In this document: positions 49,484-61,200 of the stretch, in pieces | Numbering within the stretch: the first letter of the stretch is position 1 | How the letters are laid out: the number at the start of each line of letters is the position of its first letter | Assembly (NCBI GenBank): GCA_046290465.1 | Contig: JBKAGP010000001.1 | Span: forward strand, 6,272,001 to 6,336,000 | DNA: 64,000 nucleotides | Source: Planctomycetota bacterium | GTDB taxonomy: Bacteria; Planctomycetota; UBA1135; UBA2386 | Direction: 5' to 3' | The notes under the pieces: model-generated | What the model was told of the DNA's origin: nothing | The model's database searches: none | Seen by the model: the letters and a program-made list of their open reading frames with translations, nothing else | Translations under genes and position numbers: made by a program

Positions 49484-52467
49484 CGCAGCAGGATCCTCTG
49501 GCGCAGGTAGGCGAGGTCGATGTCGCGGAACTGGTAGTCCAGCGAGGTCATCGCCTCGTAGCCGACCGAGGGCGCCATCACCTCGGCCGCGCCGGCGAAC
49601 GTGTCGTGCAGCGAAGAGTCCCCGAACAGGCCGTTCGGCATCGCGCCGGGAGCGACCAGACCGACCGAATGGCCGACCTCGTGCGCCAGGATCACGCCGA
49701 TCACCGCCGCCCAGTCGTCCATCGCGGCCATCACCGTGTTCCAGCGGGCGCGCTCGGAGCCGCTGGCGGCGTCGTAGTCGAAGTCCGGCCGCAGCACGGC
49801 CGCGTCGAGCGGGTGGCTGCCGGCCGGCGTGCCGCCCATCTCCGGGCACAGCGGCAGGAACTTGCTGGCGAACACCGTCTGGAACGACGGATACACCTGC
49901 TGGTGGATGCGCGCCTGGTAGAGGAACATCTCCGACGGGAACACGCCGGTGCCCGGCGAGTTGCTGGTGTTGCGCTCGGCGACGTTGCCGTTGCGGTAGT
50001 CGTAGTAGGCGCGGCCCAGCACGCCGGTGCTCTCATCGCCGTAGGTGCGCGTGCGGTCGCCCTCCGGATCGAGGCCGCCGAGCGCCATCTGCATGTGCGG
50101 CAGCGAGATCGGTTCGAACGTCGAGAAGCGCAGCTGCACCGAGCCCGAGTCCAGCGGTTCGCCGCGCTGGCCGCGCTTGTAGAGCGCGTTGGCCTTCGCC
50201 AGGATGCCGTCGAGCACGACCGCCTCGAGCCACGCGTTGCTGCCGTTCGGATCGCCGTCGGTGGCGAAGCCGAGCCGCAGCATGTCGTCGGCGAAGTCCG
50301 GCCGGCCGTTGCTGTCGCGGTCGAGGTCGGTGCGGACCCAGACCACCTGCGTGCGCTCGAACGGCAGCGCGCCGCCCGATTCGTTGTCGACCTCGAACGC
50401 GATCACGTTGGACTGGCCGACGTTGCCGCTCAGGTCGCGGGCGCGCACCGTCATCGTCCAGCTGCCCGCCGACAGCGCCGCCGACTCCGGGACTTCGACG
50501 CTGACGGTGTTGTAGCCGACGTCGGCGACCGCCATCAGCGTCTCGGCGTCCGGGCCGAGGCCGCCGGCGAACTCGACCTGGACCGAACCCATGTCGACCC
50601 ACTGGCTCTGTGCGTCGCTGGTGCTGATGTCGATGGTCCAGCCGTACGGCGGCAGCACCAGGCCGCTGCGACGCGACTCGGGGATGCCGTTGATCGAGGC
50701 CGTCACCGACGGCGCGATGCCGTCGACCAGCGAGCTGGTGCGGAAGCGCGACAGGCGGTCGCTGTCGAACCAGTTGCCGGTCTTGCGGCGCGGGCCGGAG
50801 TTGCCGCCGACCACGCGCATCCGGTAGTAGGCGTTGCTGGCCAGGTTGGTGGCGGGCGAGAACGTCACCACGCGGTCGCTGCCGTCGACCGTCAGGTCGC
50901 CGGCCAGCGGGTTGCCGAAGTCGTCGGTGAACAGGATCGTCGAGGTGTTGAGCGTCGCCGGGTCCATCGGCGCGTCGAACACCACCGTCAGATCGGAGCC
51001 GACCGCGATCGAGACGGCGCCGTCGGGAGGCAGCAGGATCGCGTCGGGCAGTTCGCCGTCGGCCGAGGTCGTGAACGTGATCGTGACATCGGCGCCGGGC
51101 ACGTTGCCGGCGAGGTCGTGCAGGCCGTCCTGGCCGCCGCGCAGCCGCAGCGTGCACTCGGTGTCGGTCGGCAGCGTCAGCACCGGCGTGACCCGCACGG
51201 TGTCGGTCGAGACCCGTTCGACCACCGACGCCCAGACCTGGCCGTCGACCAGCAGCTGCACGGTCTCGGTGTCGATCCAGTCCTCGTCGAGGTCCTCGTC
51301 GAACTGCACCTCGGCGACCAGCACGCCGGGCACCCGCGTCTCGCCGGCCGCAGGAGAGCTGGCGACGACCACAGGCGCGGTCTGGTCGGTGCCGGTGGTG
51401 AAGGTCAGCGCCTGGGTCGCGCTCAGCTGGTTGCCGCTGACGTCGGTGGCCGCGGCGCCGCCGAGCAGGAACGCCAGCGTGTAGCCGCGGTTCTGCTGCA
51501 GCGTGACCGTCGGCCGCACCCGCAGCGTGCGCTGGTCGCGGGTCGCCTCGATCGCAAACGGCACGATGCTGCCGAACTCGTCCTGGAACAGCAGCGACGC
51601 CGCTTCGACCGTCGCCGGGTCCATCGACTCGTCGAACGTGAAGGTCGGCTGCACCAGCGGCGAGATGCCGGTCGCGTTGAGCGCCGGCCAGGCGGTCGCG
51701 ACGCTCGGCGCGTCGGCGTCGTCGGCGGTCGTGAACGTCGACTGGAACTGCGCCTGCAGACGGTTGCCGGCGCGGTCCTCGAGCGCGGTCGTCGCGATCA
51801 CGAAGAACTGTCGGTTGCCCGGCAGGTCCGCGTACGGGTCCATCACCACGGTCTGGTCGACGACCGTCGACGCGCACGGATAACGGCCGCCGAACACGTC
51901 GCGCAGGTAGAGCGTCTGGTCGGTGATCGACGCCTGCGCGATCACCTCGTCGAAGCTCAGCGTGAACTGGCCGGTGCGGCTGACGTTGCTCGCGTTGTTG
52001 GCGACGTCGAAGCCGGTCAGGGTCGGCGGCGTCTCGTCGAACGTGCGGAACGTGAACGTCGCGGTGGTGTCGAGGATGCGTCCGCTCTGGTCGGTGGTCA
52101 AAGCCGCCAGCTGGAACGTGTAGTCGGTCTCGTTCTTCAGCAGCTGGTCCGGCTGCACCGCGACGCGGCCGTTGGAGCCGGGCGTGAACGTCACCGGCAC
52201 CGCGAGCTGGGTCTCGGTCTCGCGCAGCCAGGTGTCTGGGTAGGCGAACGTCTCCATCGCCATGTTGGCGTCGAACTCGAGCTGCAGCACGACGTCGACG
52301 GGCACCTGCACGGCCTGGTCGGCCGGGCTGTGGGCGACCAGATTCACGACACCGAACGCAGAGCCGGCGTTGCCGCCAGAGCCCGAGTTGCCGCCGCCGC
52401 CGCCGCCGCTCCCGCAGGCGGCCAATCCGAGCAGCGCGATCGCCGCAAGTCTCGTCGTGTTCCCCAT
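49480..52467 (-). CDS. Lipoprotein with about five Big_5/SbsA-like Ig domains and a C-terminal zincin domain
   Basis: LAAC lipobox and Gly linker; repeats F.E.MDPAT...D.AGN....FTT; HEVGHSVGL; AGGGG RBS. Confidence 0.88.
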   Translation of the reverse strand: MGNTTRLAAIALLGLAACGSGGGGGGNSGSGGNAGSAFGVVNLVAHSPADQAVQVPVDVVLQLEFDANMAMETFAYPDTWLRETETQLAVPVTFTPGSNGRVAVQPDQLLKNETDYTFQLAALTTDQSGRILDTTATFTFRTFDETPPTLTGFDVANNASNVSRTGQFTLSFDEVIAQASITDQTLYLRDVFGGRYPCASTVVDQTVVMDPYADLPGNRQFFVIATTALEDRAGNRLQAQFQSTFTTADDADAPSVATAWPALNATGISPLVQPTFTFDESMDPATVEAASLLFQDEFGSIVPFAIEATRDQRTLRVRPTVTLQQNRGYTLAFLLGGAAATDVSGNQLSATQALTFTTGTDQTAPVVVASSPAAGETRVPGVLVAEVQFDEDLDEDWIDTETVQLLVDGQVWASVVERVSTDTVRVTPVLTLPTDTECTLRLRGGQDGLHDLAGNVPGADVTITFTTSADGELPDAILLPPDGAVSIAVGSDLTVVFDAPMDPATLNTSTILFTDDFGNPLAGDLTVDGSDRVVTFSPATNLASNAYYRMRVVGGNSGPRRKTGNWFDSDRLSRFRTSSLVDGIAPSVTASINGIPESRRSGLVLPPYGWTIDISTSDAQSQWVDMGSVQVEFAGGLGPDAETLMAVADVGYNTVSVEVPESAALSAGSWTMTVRARDLSGNVGQSNVIAFEVDNESGGALPFERTQVVWVRTDLDRDSNGRPDFADDMLRLGFATDGDPNGSNAWLEAVVLDGILAKANALYKRGQRGEPLDSGSVQLRFSTFEPISLPHMQMALGGLDPEGDRTRTYGDESTGVLGRAYYDYRNGNVAERNTSNSPGTGVFPSEMFLYQARIHQQVYPSFQTVFASKFLPLCPEMGGTPAGSHPLDAAVLRPDFDYDAASGSERARWNTVMAAMDDWAAVIGVILAHEVGHSVGLVAPGAMPNGLFGDSSLHDTFAGAAEVMAPSVGYEAMTSLDYQFRDIDLAYLRQRILLR

Positions 52468-52636
52468 GTATCCCCTGTTGTGCAACCCTGGTGCAGGGGG
52501 CCTTTTCGACTTGATCCGGACCTCGTTTGAAGTCCCGGAACGAGTCTTCGCAGACCCTCGCTGGCAAGGGGGGACTGGCGCGGGGCTGCACAGCGCGAGC
52601 TTCGAACCGCCGACAATGTCGGCAGTCCGCGCCGGC

Positions 52637-53935
52637 TCATGCGGGCTTCAGCAGCACCCGCAGGTCGCGCACGTTGGTGCCGGTCGGGCCCGGTTCGACG
52701 GCGCAGCCGAGCTGCCGCAGCAGCGGGTAGGCGTCGCAGCGGCGCAGGTGGTCGTCGACGTCGAGGCCGGCGGTGGCGGCGCGCGCCGCGGTGTCGCCGT
52801 CGACGACCGCGCCGGCGGCGGGGGAGTTGCCGTCGACGCCGTCGGTGCCGCAGCTGAGCACGGTGATCGGTCGGCCGGCGATGCGCTCGGCACAGCGCAG
52901 CGCGAACTGCAGGTTGCGCCCGCCGGTGCCGGGCGACGGCGGCAGTGGCACGCTCAGCTCGCCGGTCACGACCACCGCGACCGGCCGTCCCGGGTGGCGG
53001 CGCGCGAGCTGTTCGAGCCGCGCCAGCGAACGGTCGGCGGCAATCTCGTAGGGCAGGTCGTCGACGTCGAGCTCGTCGTCGACGACGACGTCGCTGCCGC
53101 GCAGGTGCGCCGCGGCGCGCTGCCTCGCGTGGTGCTCGTCGGCGATCGTCATCCAGCAGCTGCGGCTGGCGACCCGATCGGGCATCTCCGGCAGCGGCGG
53201 GATCTCGTCGCGCTCGGCCCGCCGCCGCAGCGCCTCGGGCAGCGCCTGCCACAGCTGCAGTTCGTCGAGGTCGCGACGCAGCGTGTCGGCCGGCTGTTCG
53301 AACATCGCGGTCGGTCCGGACGCGATCGTCTCGACCCCGCCCGGCACGTCGCTGACGAACAGCGTGCGCACGTCGCGGGCGCCGCCGGCGGCGATGCCGA
53401 GGCGGCCGCCCTTGACCGCCGACAGCCGCATGCGCACGGCGTTGATCCGGTCGATCGACGCGCCGCTGCCGACCAGCGCCTGTTGGAACGCACGCCAACC
53501 GTCGACCGTGACGGCGTCGTCGAGCGGCACCTCGAGCAGCGACGAGCCACCGCCGCTGGCCAGGAACACGACGAAGTCCTGGTCGCCGGCGCCGGCCGCC
53601 AGCTGCAGCGCGCGCCGGCCGGCAGCGAAGCTGCCCGCCGTCGGCAGCGGGTGGCCACCGGGCACGACCTCGAGCGGCGGCAGCGGCGCGTCGTCGTCGT
53701 TGGCGGGCACCAGCAGGCCGTGCACGCGTTCGCGGATCGGCGCCAACGTCGCCAGCGCGCGCTCGGCCATCGGCCGCGCCGCCTTGCCGAACGCGATCAG
53801 CAGCACCCGGCCGTCGTCGGCGAGCTGGTCGGGCACGACCCCGACGCAGCGCGGCACCCAGGTCTGCAGGCGGTCGCGGATGTGGTCGAGCACGTCGGCG
53901 TAGACCGCCCGCAGCAGCGCCGCCGGCTCGCTCAC
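52637..53935 (-). CDS. Glycerate 2-kinase (DUF4147/MOFRL family)
   Basis: GKAA, GHPLP, SGGGSSL, SAVKGG, IASGPT, GGRN, GTDGVDG, GPTGTNVRD. Confidence 0.93.
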   Translation of the reverse strand: MSEPAALLRAVYADVLDHIRDRLQTWVPRCVGVVPDQLADDGRVLLIAFGKAARPMAERALATLAPIRERVHGLLVPANDDDAPLPPLEVVPGGHPLPTAGSFAAGRRALQLAAGAGDQDFVVFLASGGGSSLLEVPLDDAVTVDGWRAFQQALVGSGASIDRINAVRMRLSAVKGGRLGIAAGGARDVRTLFVSDVPGGVETIASGPTAMFEQPADTLRRDLDELQLWQALPEALRRRAERDEIPPLPEMPDRVASRSCWMTIADEHHARQRAAAHLRGSDVVVDDELDVDDLPYEIAADRSLARLEQLARRHPGRPVAVVVTGELSVPLPPSPGTGGRNLQFALRCAERIAGRPITVLSCGTDGVDGNSPAAGAVVDGDTAARAATAGLDVDDHLRRCDAYPLLRQLGCAVEPGPTGTNVRDLRVLLKPA

Positions 53936-54909
53936 GACAGCACCTCGGGGTTGACCACGTGCTGCGGCGCCTCCTCGCCCGACAGCACCGCCGCGCAGTC
54001 GCGCGCGGCCAGCGCACACATCTGCGAGCGCACGCTGGTCACTGCGCTGCCGACGTGGGGCAGCAGCACGACGTTGGGCCGTTCGAGCAGCTGCTGCGGA
54101 ACGTGCGGCTCGGCCTCGAACACGTCGAGCGCCGCGCCGCCGATCAGGTTCTCCTCGAGCGCCGCGATCAGCGCGCGTTCGTCGACGACCGGGCCGCGCG
54201 CGGTGTTGATCAGGATCGCGTTGCGCTTCATCGCGCACAGCTGCTCGACCGAGATCAGGTGGCGGGTCTCGTCGCTCAGCGGCACGTGCAGCGACACGAA
54301 GTCGCTCTCTGCGAGCAGCAGGTCGAGCGGCACGCGGGTGGCGCCGAGTTCGCGTTCGAGCTCTGCTGCGGCCGGCCGGCGGCTCGCGTAGAGCACGCGC
54401 ATCGAGAAGCCGCGGGCCCGCCGCGCGACCGCCTGGCCGATGCGGCCCAGGCCGACCAGGCCCAGCGTGCGGCCGTGCACGTCGGCGCCGCACAGCAGGT
54501 CGACGTCCCAGCGCTGCCAGCGGCCGTCGCGCAGGTAGCGCTCCGCCTCCGGCAGCCGCCGCGCGGCCGCCAGCAGCAGCGCGAACGTCAGGTCGGCGGT
54601 CGCCTCGGTCAGCACGCCGGGTGTGTTGGTCACCACGATGCCGCGCCCGGTCGCCGCCTCTACGTCGATGTTGTCGTGGCCGACCGCGACCTGCGAGATC
54701 ACCTTCAGGTTCGGCGCCGCCTCGATCACCTGCCGCGTCATCGGGTCGGTCAGCTGGCAGACGACCCCGTCGGCGAGCGCCAGCTTCTTCTGCAGGCGCG
54801 CTTCGTCCATCACCTCGTAGCCGTCCTGGTAGTCGACCACGCAGTGCTCCTGCAGGATCGGGATCGCGGCGGGGTAGACGTGACGGGTGACCAGCACGCG
54901 CGGCTTCAT
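53932..54909 (-). CDS. D-glycerate dehydrogenase / glyoxylate-hydroxypyruvate reductase
   Basis: VGHDNID, NTPGVL, GLGRIG, INTARG, LDVFEAEP, PHVGSA. Confidence 0.93.
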   Translation of the reverse strand: MKPRVLVTRHVYPAAIPILQEHCVVDYQDGYEVMDEARLQKKLALADGVVCQLTDPMTRQVIEAAPNLKVISQVAVGHDNIDVEAATGRGIVVTNTPGVLTEATADLTFALLLAAARRLPEAERYLRDGRWQRWDVDLLCGADVHGRTLGLVGLGRIGQAVARRARGFSMRVLYASRRPAAAELERELGATRVPLDLLLAESDFVSLHVPLSDETRHLISVEQLCAMKRNAILINTARGPVVDERALIAALEENLIGGAALDVFEAEPHVPQQLLERPNVVLLPHVGSAVTSVRSQMCALAARDCAAVLSGEEAPQHVVNPEVLS

Positions 54910-54993
54910 CGTGGCGAACGTAGCGGGGCCGCGGCGCGCAAGCGAACCCGCGCGCATTTGGTCCTGTGCGCGGTCGCGGTATCTTCGCTCGGG

Positions 54994-55485
54994 ATGACCG
55001 TGCGCCGCTTCGCGTACTGGCGCGAGCCGCTGTGCCTGCTGTCGGCGCTGCTCTACGCCTGCAACCGCTTCTGGTGGAAGCCGTGCACCGACGATCCGTC
55101 GTCGTTCGTGCACTGCTACCTCGGCGACGTGCTGTGCCTGCCGGTGCTGCTGCCGGTGACGCTGTGGCTGCAGCGCCGCTGCGGTCTGCGCGGCCACGAC
55201 GGCGCGCCGACGGCCGCCGAGTGGCTCGGCCACTGGCTGTTGTGGTCGGTCTGCTTCGAGGCGGTCGGGCCGTCGCTGCCGCTGCTGGCGCCGGGCGCGG
55301 TGCGCGATCCGTGGGACGCGGTCGCCTACGGCATCGGCGGCGCGTTCGCGGCGTTCTGCTGGCGGCTCGGGCCGACCGGCGTGGGCGATGGCGGGCCGCT
55401 GCGCGTGGCCGGGCGGTTCGCCCTGGCCGCTGCCGTGGCGACGTTCGTGTTGAGCGCCTACCGGGTCGGCGTGCAGCTGCCGTGA
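54994..55485 (+). CDS. Small membrane protein
   Basis: Hydrophobic; YLGDVLCLP, FE, DPWDAVAY motifs. Confidence 0.75.
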   Translation: MTVRRFAYWREPLCLLSALLYACNRFWWKPCTDDPSSFVHCYLGDVLCLPVLLPVTLWLQRRCGLRGHDGAPTAAEWLGHWLLWSVCFEAVGPSLPLLAPGAVRDPWDAVAYGIGGAFAAFCWRLGPTGVGDGGPLRVAGRFALAAAVATFVLSAYRVGVQLP

Positions 55486-55498
55486 TATCCTCGTGCGC

Positions 55499-56764
55499 AT
55501 GTTGCGCCACCTCGCTTCGCTGCTGCTGTCGGTCCCGTTGGTCGCACAGGCGACGTTCTCGCACTACGTGCTGACCGAGCCGGCTCCCGGGGTGCCGGCC
55601 GAGGTCTACGCGGTCGACCCTGCGACCGGCGCTGCGGTGCTCGAGGTGTCGTTGACGATCTCCGGCGAACCGCTCGCGATCGTGCACGACGGCTTCGACG
55701 GCGACCTGGTGGTCGCGCTCGACGGCGGCGCCGGCCAGAGCCTGATCCTGCGGCTGCACGATCTGCAGGGCTCGTGGGCGGTGCTGCCGATGGGCACGGT
55801 GCCCGGCCGCGTCTGCGAACTGGCGGTCGCGCTCGGCGAACTGATCGTCGCCGTCGAGGGCGCCAACGGCGGCTTCTGGCGCATGCCGCGCCGCGGCGGC
55901 ACCGCGGTGCTCGAGGCGTCCGTGCCCAACCTGACGGCGATGATGGCGTTCTCGCCGGACACCGGCCCGCTGGCGCTCGCGCGCAGCGGCGTGCCGAGCT
56001 CGCCGACGCCGTTCTCGGGCACCGCGCTGTACGAACTGGTCACCGGCTACTACCCGTTCCCGATGACGAACTTCAGCGACCCGCTGAACCGCACCATCGT
56101 CGGCCTGGTCGACCTGCCGACGGCGCTGCCGCGGCAGCTGCTGGCGTTCGACGACGGCAGCTTCGCGCTCTACACGAGCTTCGGGCCGGGACTGACCGCG
56201 CTGTCGATCAGCCAGCAGAACGGCAACGTCGCGATGCATCCGCAGGGGCCGTACGGGACCGACGCGATGGTGCTCGGCGGCTCGCCGCCGGTGCTGTCGA
56301 CGATCGATCCGTGGGGCCAGACGATCAGCGCCGTCTCGCTCGCGCTGCCGGGCACGCCGGTGGACTTCGCCTACGGCCTGTCGCGCAGCGCCCGCTCGCT
56401 GCGCTTCGGCGCGCCGTGCGGTTCGCCCGTGGTGTTCCAGAGCTGGACCGGCGTGCCGCAGCTCGGCAGCACCTTGACCACGGCGGGATCGAACGAAGTC
56501 CACGCGCCCTACCTGCTGGTCGCCGGACTCGACGACTACGACTTCGGCCAGCTGCCGGCGGCGCTGCCGGGCGGCTGCTCGCTGCAGGTCCGGCCGGACC
56601 TGGTGCAGTTCCTGCCGACCGGCGCGAGCGGCTTCTCGACCTTCGCGCTGACGATCCCGAGCTCGGTGACGCTGGTCGGGACCGTCGTGTTCACCCAGTG
56701 GCTGCGTTACGACCCGGCGGGGCTGTCGTCGTCGTCGACCGCGGCGCACTGGATCGGCAACTGA
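55499..56764 (+). CDS. Secreted beta-rich protein with a conserved-looking C-terminal domain
   Basis: Signal peptide ending PLVAQ; C-terminus FGAPCG...GCSLQV...LTIP...VFTQW. Confidence 0.8.
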   Translation: MLRHLASLLLSVPLVAQATFSHYVLTEPAPGVPAEVYAVDPATGAAVLEVSLTISGEPLAIVHDGFDGDLVVALDGGAGQSLILRLHDLQGSWAVLPMGTVPGRVCELAVALGELIVAVEGANGGFWRMPRRGGTAVLEASVPNLTAMMAFSPDTGPLALARSGVPSSPTPFSGTALYELVTGYYPFPMTNFSDPLNRTIVGLVDLPTALPRQLLAFDDGSFALYTSFGPGLTALSISQQNGNVAMHPQGPYGTDAMVLGGSPPVLSTIDPWGQTISAVSLALPGTPVDFAYGLSRSARSLRFGAPCGSPVVFQSWTGVPQLGSTLTTAGSNEVHAPYLLVAGLDDYDFGQLPAALPGGCSLQVRPDLVQFLPTGASGFSTFALTIPSSVTLVGTVVFTQWLRYDPAGLSSSSTAAHWIGN

Positions 56765-56784
56765 GGCCGCTGCATGCTGCCGGC

Positions 56785-57921
56785 ATGGTGACGAAGGCCC
56801 GCTCGGTCGCGCTGCTCGCGACGCTCTCCCTCCCGGCGGTCGCGCAGCAGCCCGTCGACCTCGGCGAACTGCTCGCGCCGATCCGCACCGAGCACGGCGT
56901 GCCGGCGCTCGGCGCGGCGGTGCTGGTGGACGGCACGCTGCACGCGCTCGGCGTCGACGGCGTTCGCAAGCACGGCGAGGATCGCAAGGTCACGGTCGAC
57001 GACCTCTGGCACCTCGGTTCGTGCACCAAGGCGATGACGGCGACCTGGCTCGCGATGCTGGTCGAGGACGGCAAGCTGCAGTGGACGACGACCGTCGCCG
57101 AGGCGATGCCGGACCTCGTCGACGACCTGCATCCGACGGCCACCGGGATCACCGTCGCTGCGCTGCTGCAGCACCGCGCCGGCCTGCCGGCCGGTCCGCC
57201 GCGCGCGCTGTGGGCGGAGCTGTTCCGCTACGAGGGCAGCGATCGCGAGGCACGCACCGACGTCGCGCGCGCGCTGCTGCGCCAACCGGTCGAGGCCGAG
57301 CTCGGCCAGCGCTACCTCTACTCCAACGCCAGCTACATGATCGCCGGCGCGATCGGCGAACGGGTCACCGGCAGCGGCTGGCAGCAGCAGCTGCGCAGCC
57401 GGCTGTTCGCGCCGCTCGGCATGCAGCGGGTCGGCTTCGGGCCGCCGGGTGACCGCGACGCGCTCGACCAGCCGTGGGGCCATCGCCGCAGCGGCGAGCG
57501 GATCACGCCGGTGTTCGGCGACAACCCGTCGTCGCTCGGTCCGGCCGGCACCGTGCACGCGAGCCTCGCCGACTGGGCCCGGTTCGCCGCGCTGCACCTC
57601 GGCCCGGCTCGGCTGCAGGAGCAGCGGCAGGACGCGCACCAGAGCGAGAAGCCGAAGCCGCCGCTGCTGCGCGCAGCGACGCTGCGTGCGCTGCACACGC
57701 CGCCGCCCGAGGGCCCGTACGCGCTCGGCTGGAACGTCACGCGCCGCGGCTGGGCGCCGGGTCCGATCCTGTCGCACAGCGGCAGCAACACGATGTGGTA
57801 CTGCGTCGCGTGGCTCGCGCCCGAGGCGGGCTTCGGCGTGCTGGTGACCTGCAACCAGGGCGACGCCGGCAAGGCCTGCGACGCGGTCGCCGCGGCCTGC
57901 ATTCGGCGCTTCCGGCGATAG
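56785..57921 (+). CDS. Serine hydrolase, beta-lactamase class C-like
   Basis: SCTK, LLQHRAG, YSN, HSGS motifs; signal peptide. Confidence 0.9.
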   Translation: MVTKARSVALLATLSLPAVAQQPVDLGELLAPIRTEHGVPALGAAVLVDGTLHALGVDGVRKHGEDRKVTVDDLWHLGSCTKAMTATWLAMLVEDGKLQWTTTVAEAMPDLVDDLHPTATGITVAALLQHRAGLPAGPPRALWAELFRYEGSDREARTDVARALLRQPVEAELGQRYLYSNASYMIAGAIGERVTGSGWQQQLRSRLFAPLGMQRVGFGPPGDRDALDQPWGHRRSGERITPVFGDNPSSLGPAGTVHASLADWARFAALHLGPARLQEQRQDAHQSEKPKPPLLRAATLRALHTPPPEGPYALGWNVTRRGWAPGPILSHSGSNTMWYCVAWLAPEAGFGVLVTCNQGDAGKACDAVAAACIRRFRR

Positions 57922-57953
57922 CTCCGGCGCGGCCGCGCCGGTAGCTTGCAGGC

Positions 57954-59555
<1,602 letters not shown>

Positions 59556-59576
59556 GCGCGGCGGTCGCGGCCCGGC

Positions 59577-60947
<1,371 letters not shown>

Positions 60948-61112
60948 GTCCGGCGATCGTCGCGGTCGGCGCGGCCGACGCAATGGGGTTGGCGCAATGG
61001 AGCCGTTGTGCGTGCCTTCACGCCGAGAGCGTCCGACGTTCACGCCAGGGACTGCCGGCATATGGCGTCATGTGCGGCCAATGCGCGGGCTGGACAGAAC
61101 GTGGAGGAATGT

Positions 61113-61128
61113 TGGCCGACCCTTTGCC
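61113..61128 (+). promoter_or_regulatory. Sigma54 -24/-12 promoter candidate
   Basis: TGGCCGACCCTTTGCC, i.e. GG-N10-GC, about 70 nt upstream of the 61201 ORF. Confidence 0.55.
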
Positions 61129-61200
61129 TGGACCTCGTTCGCGTCGGGGAACAGGCCGGTTCGACCGGCAGCTCACCGTCCATTCGGAGCCAGCAACCCA

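Noticed and set aside
52491..52506. Sigma54-like CTGCACCAGGGTTGCA upstream of the Ig lipoprotein
   Set aside because: Lacks the invariant GG at -24
56785..57921. Antibiotic-resistance beta-lactamase
   Set aside because: SxxK, YxN and HxG motifs are shared by many esterases and peptidases; nothing specific to AmpC
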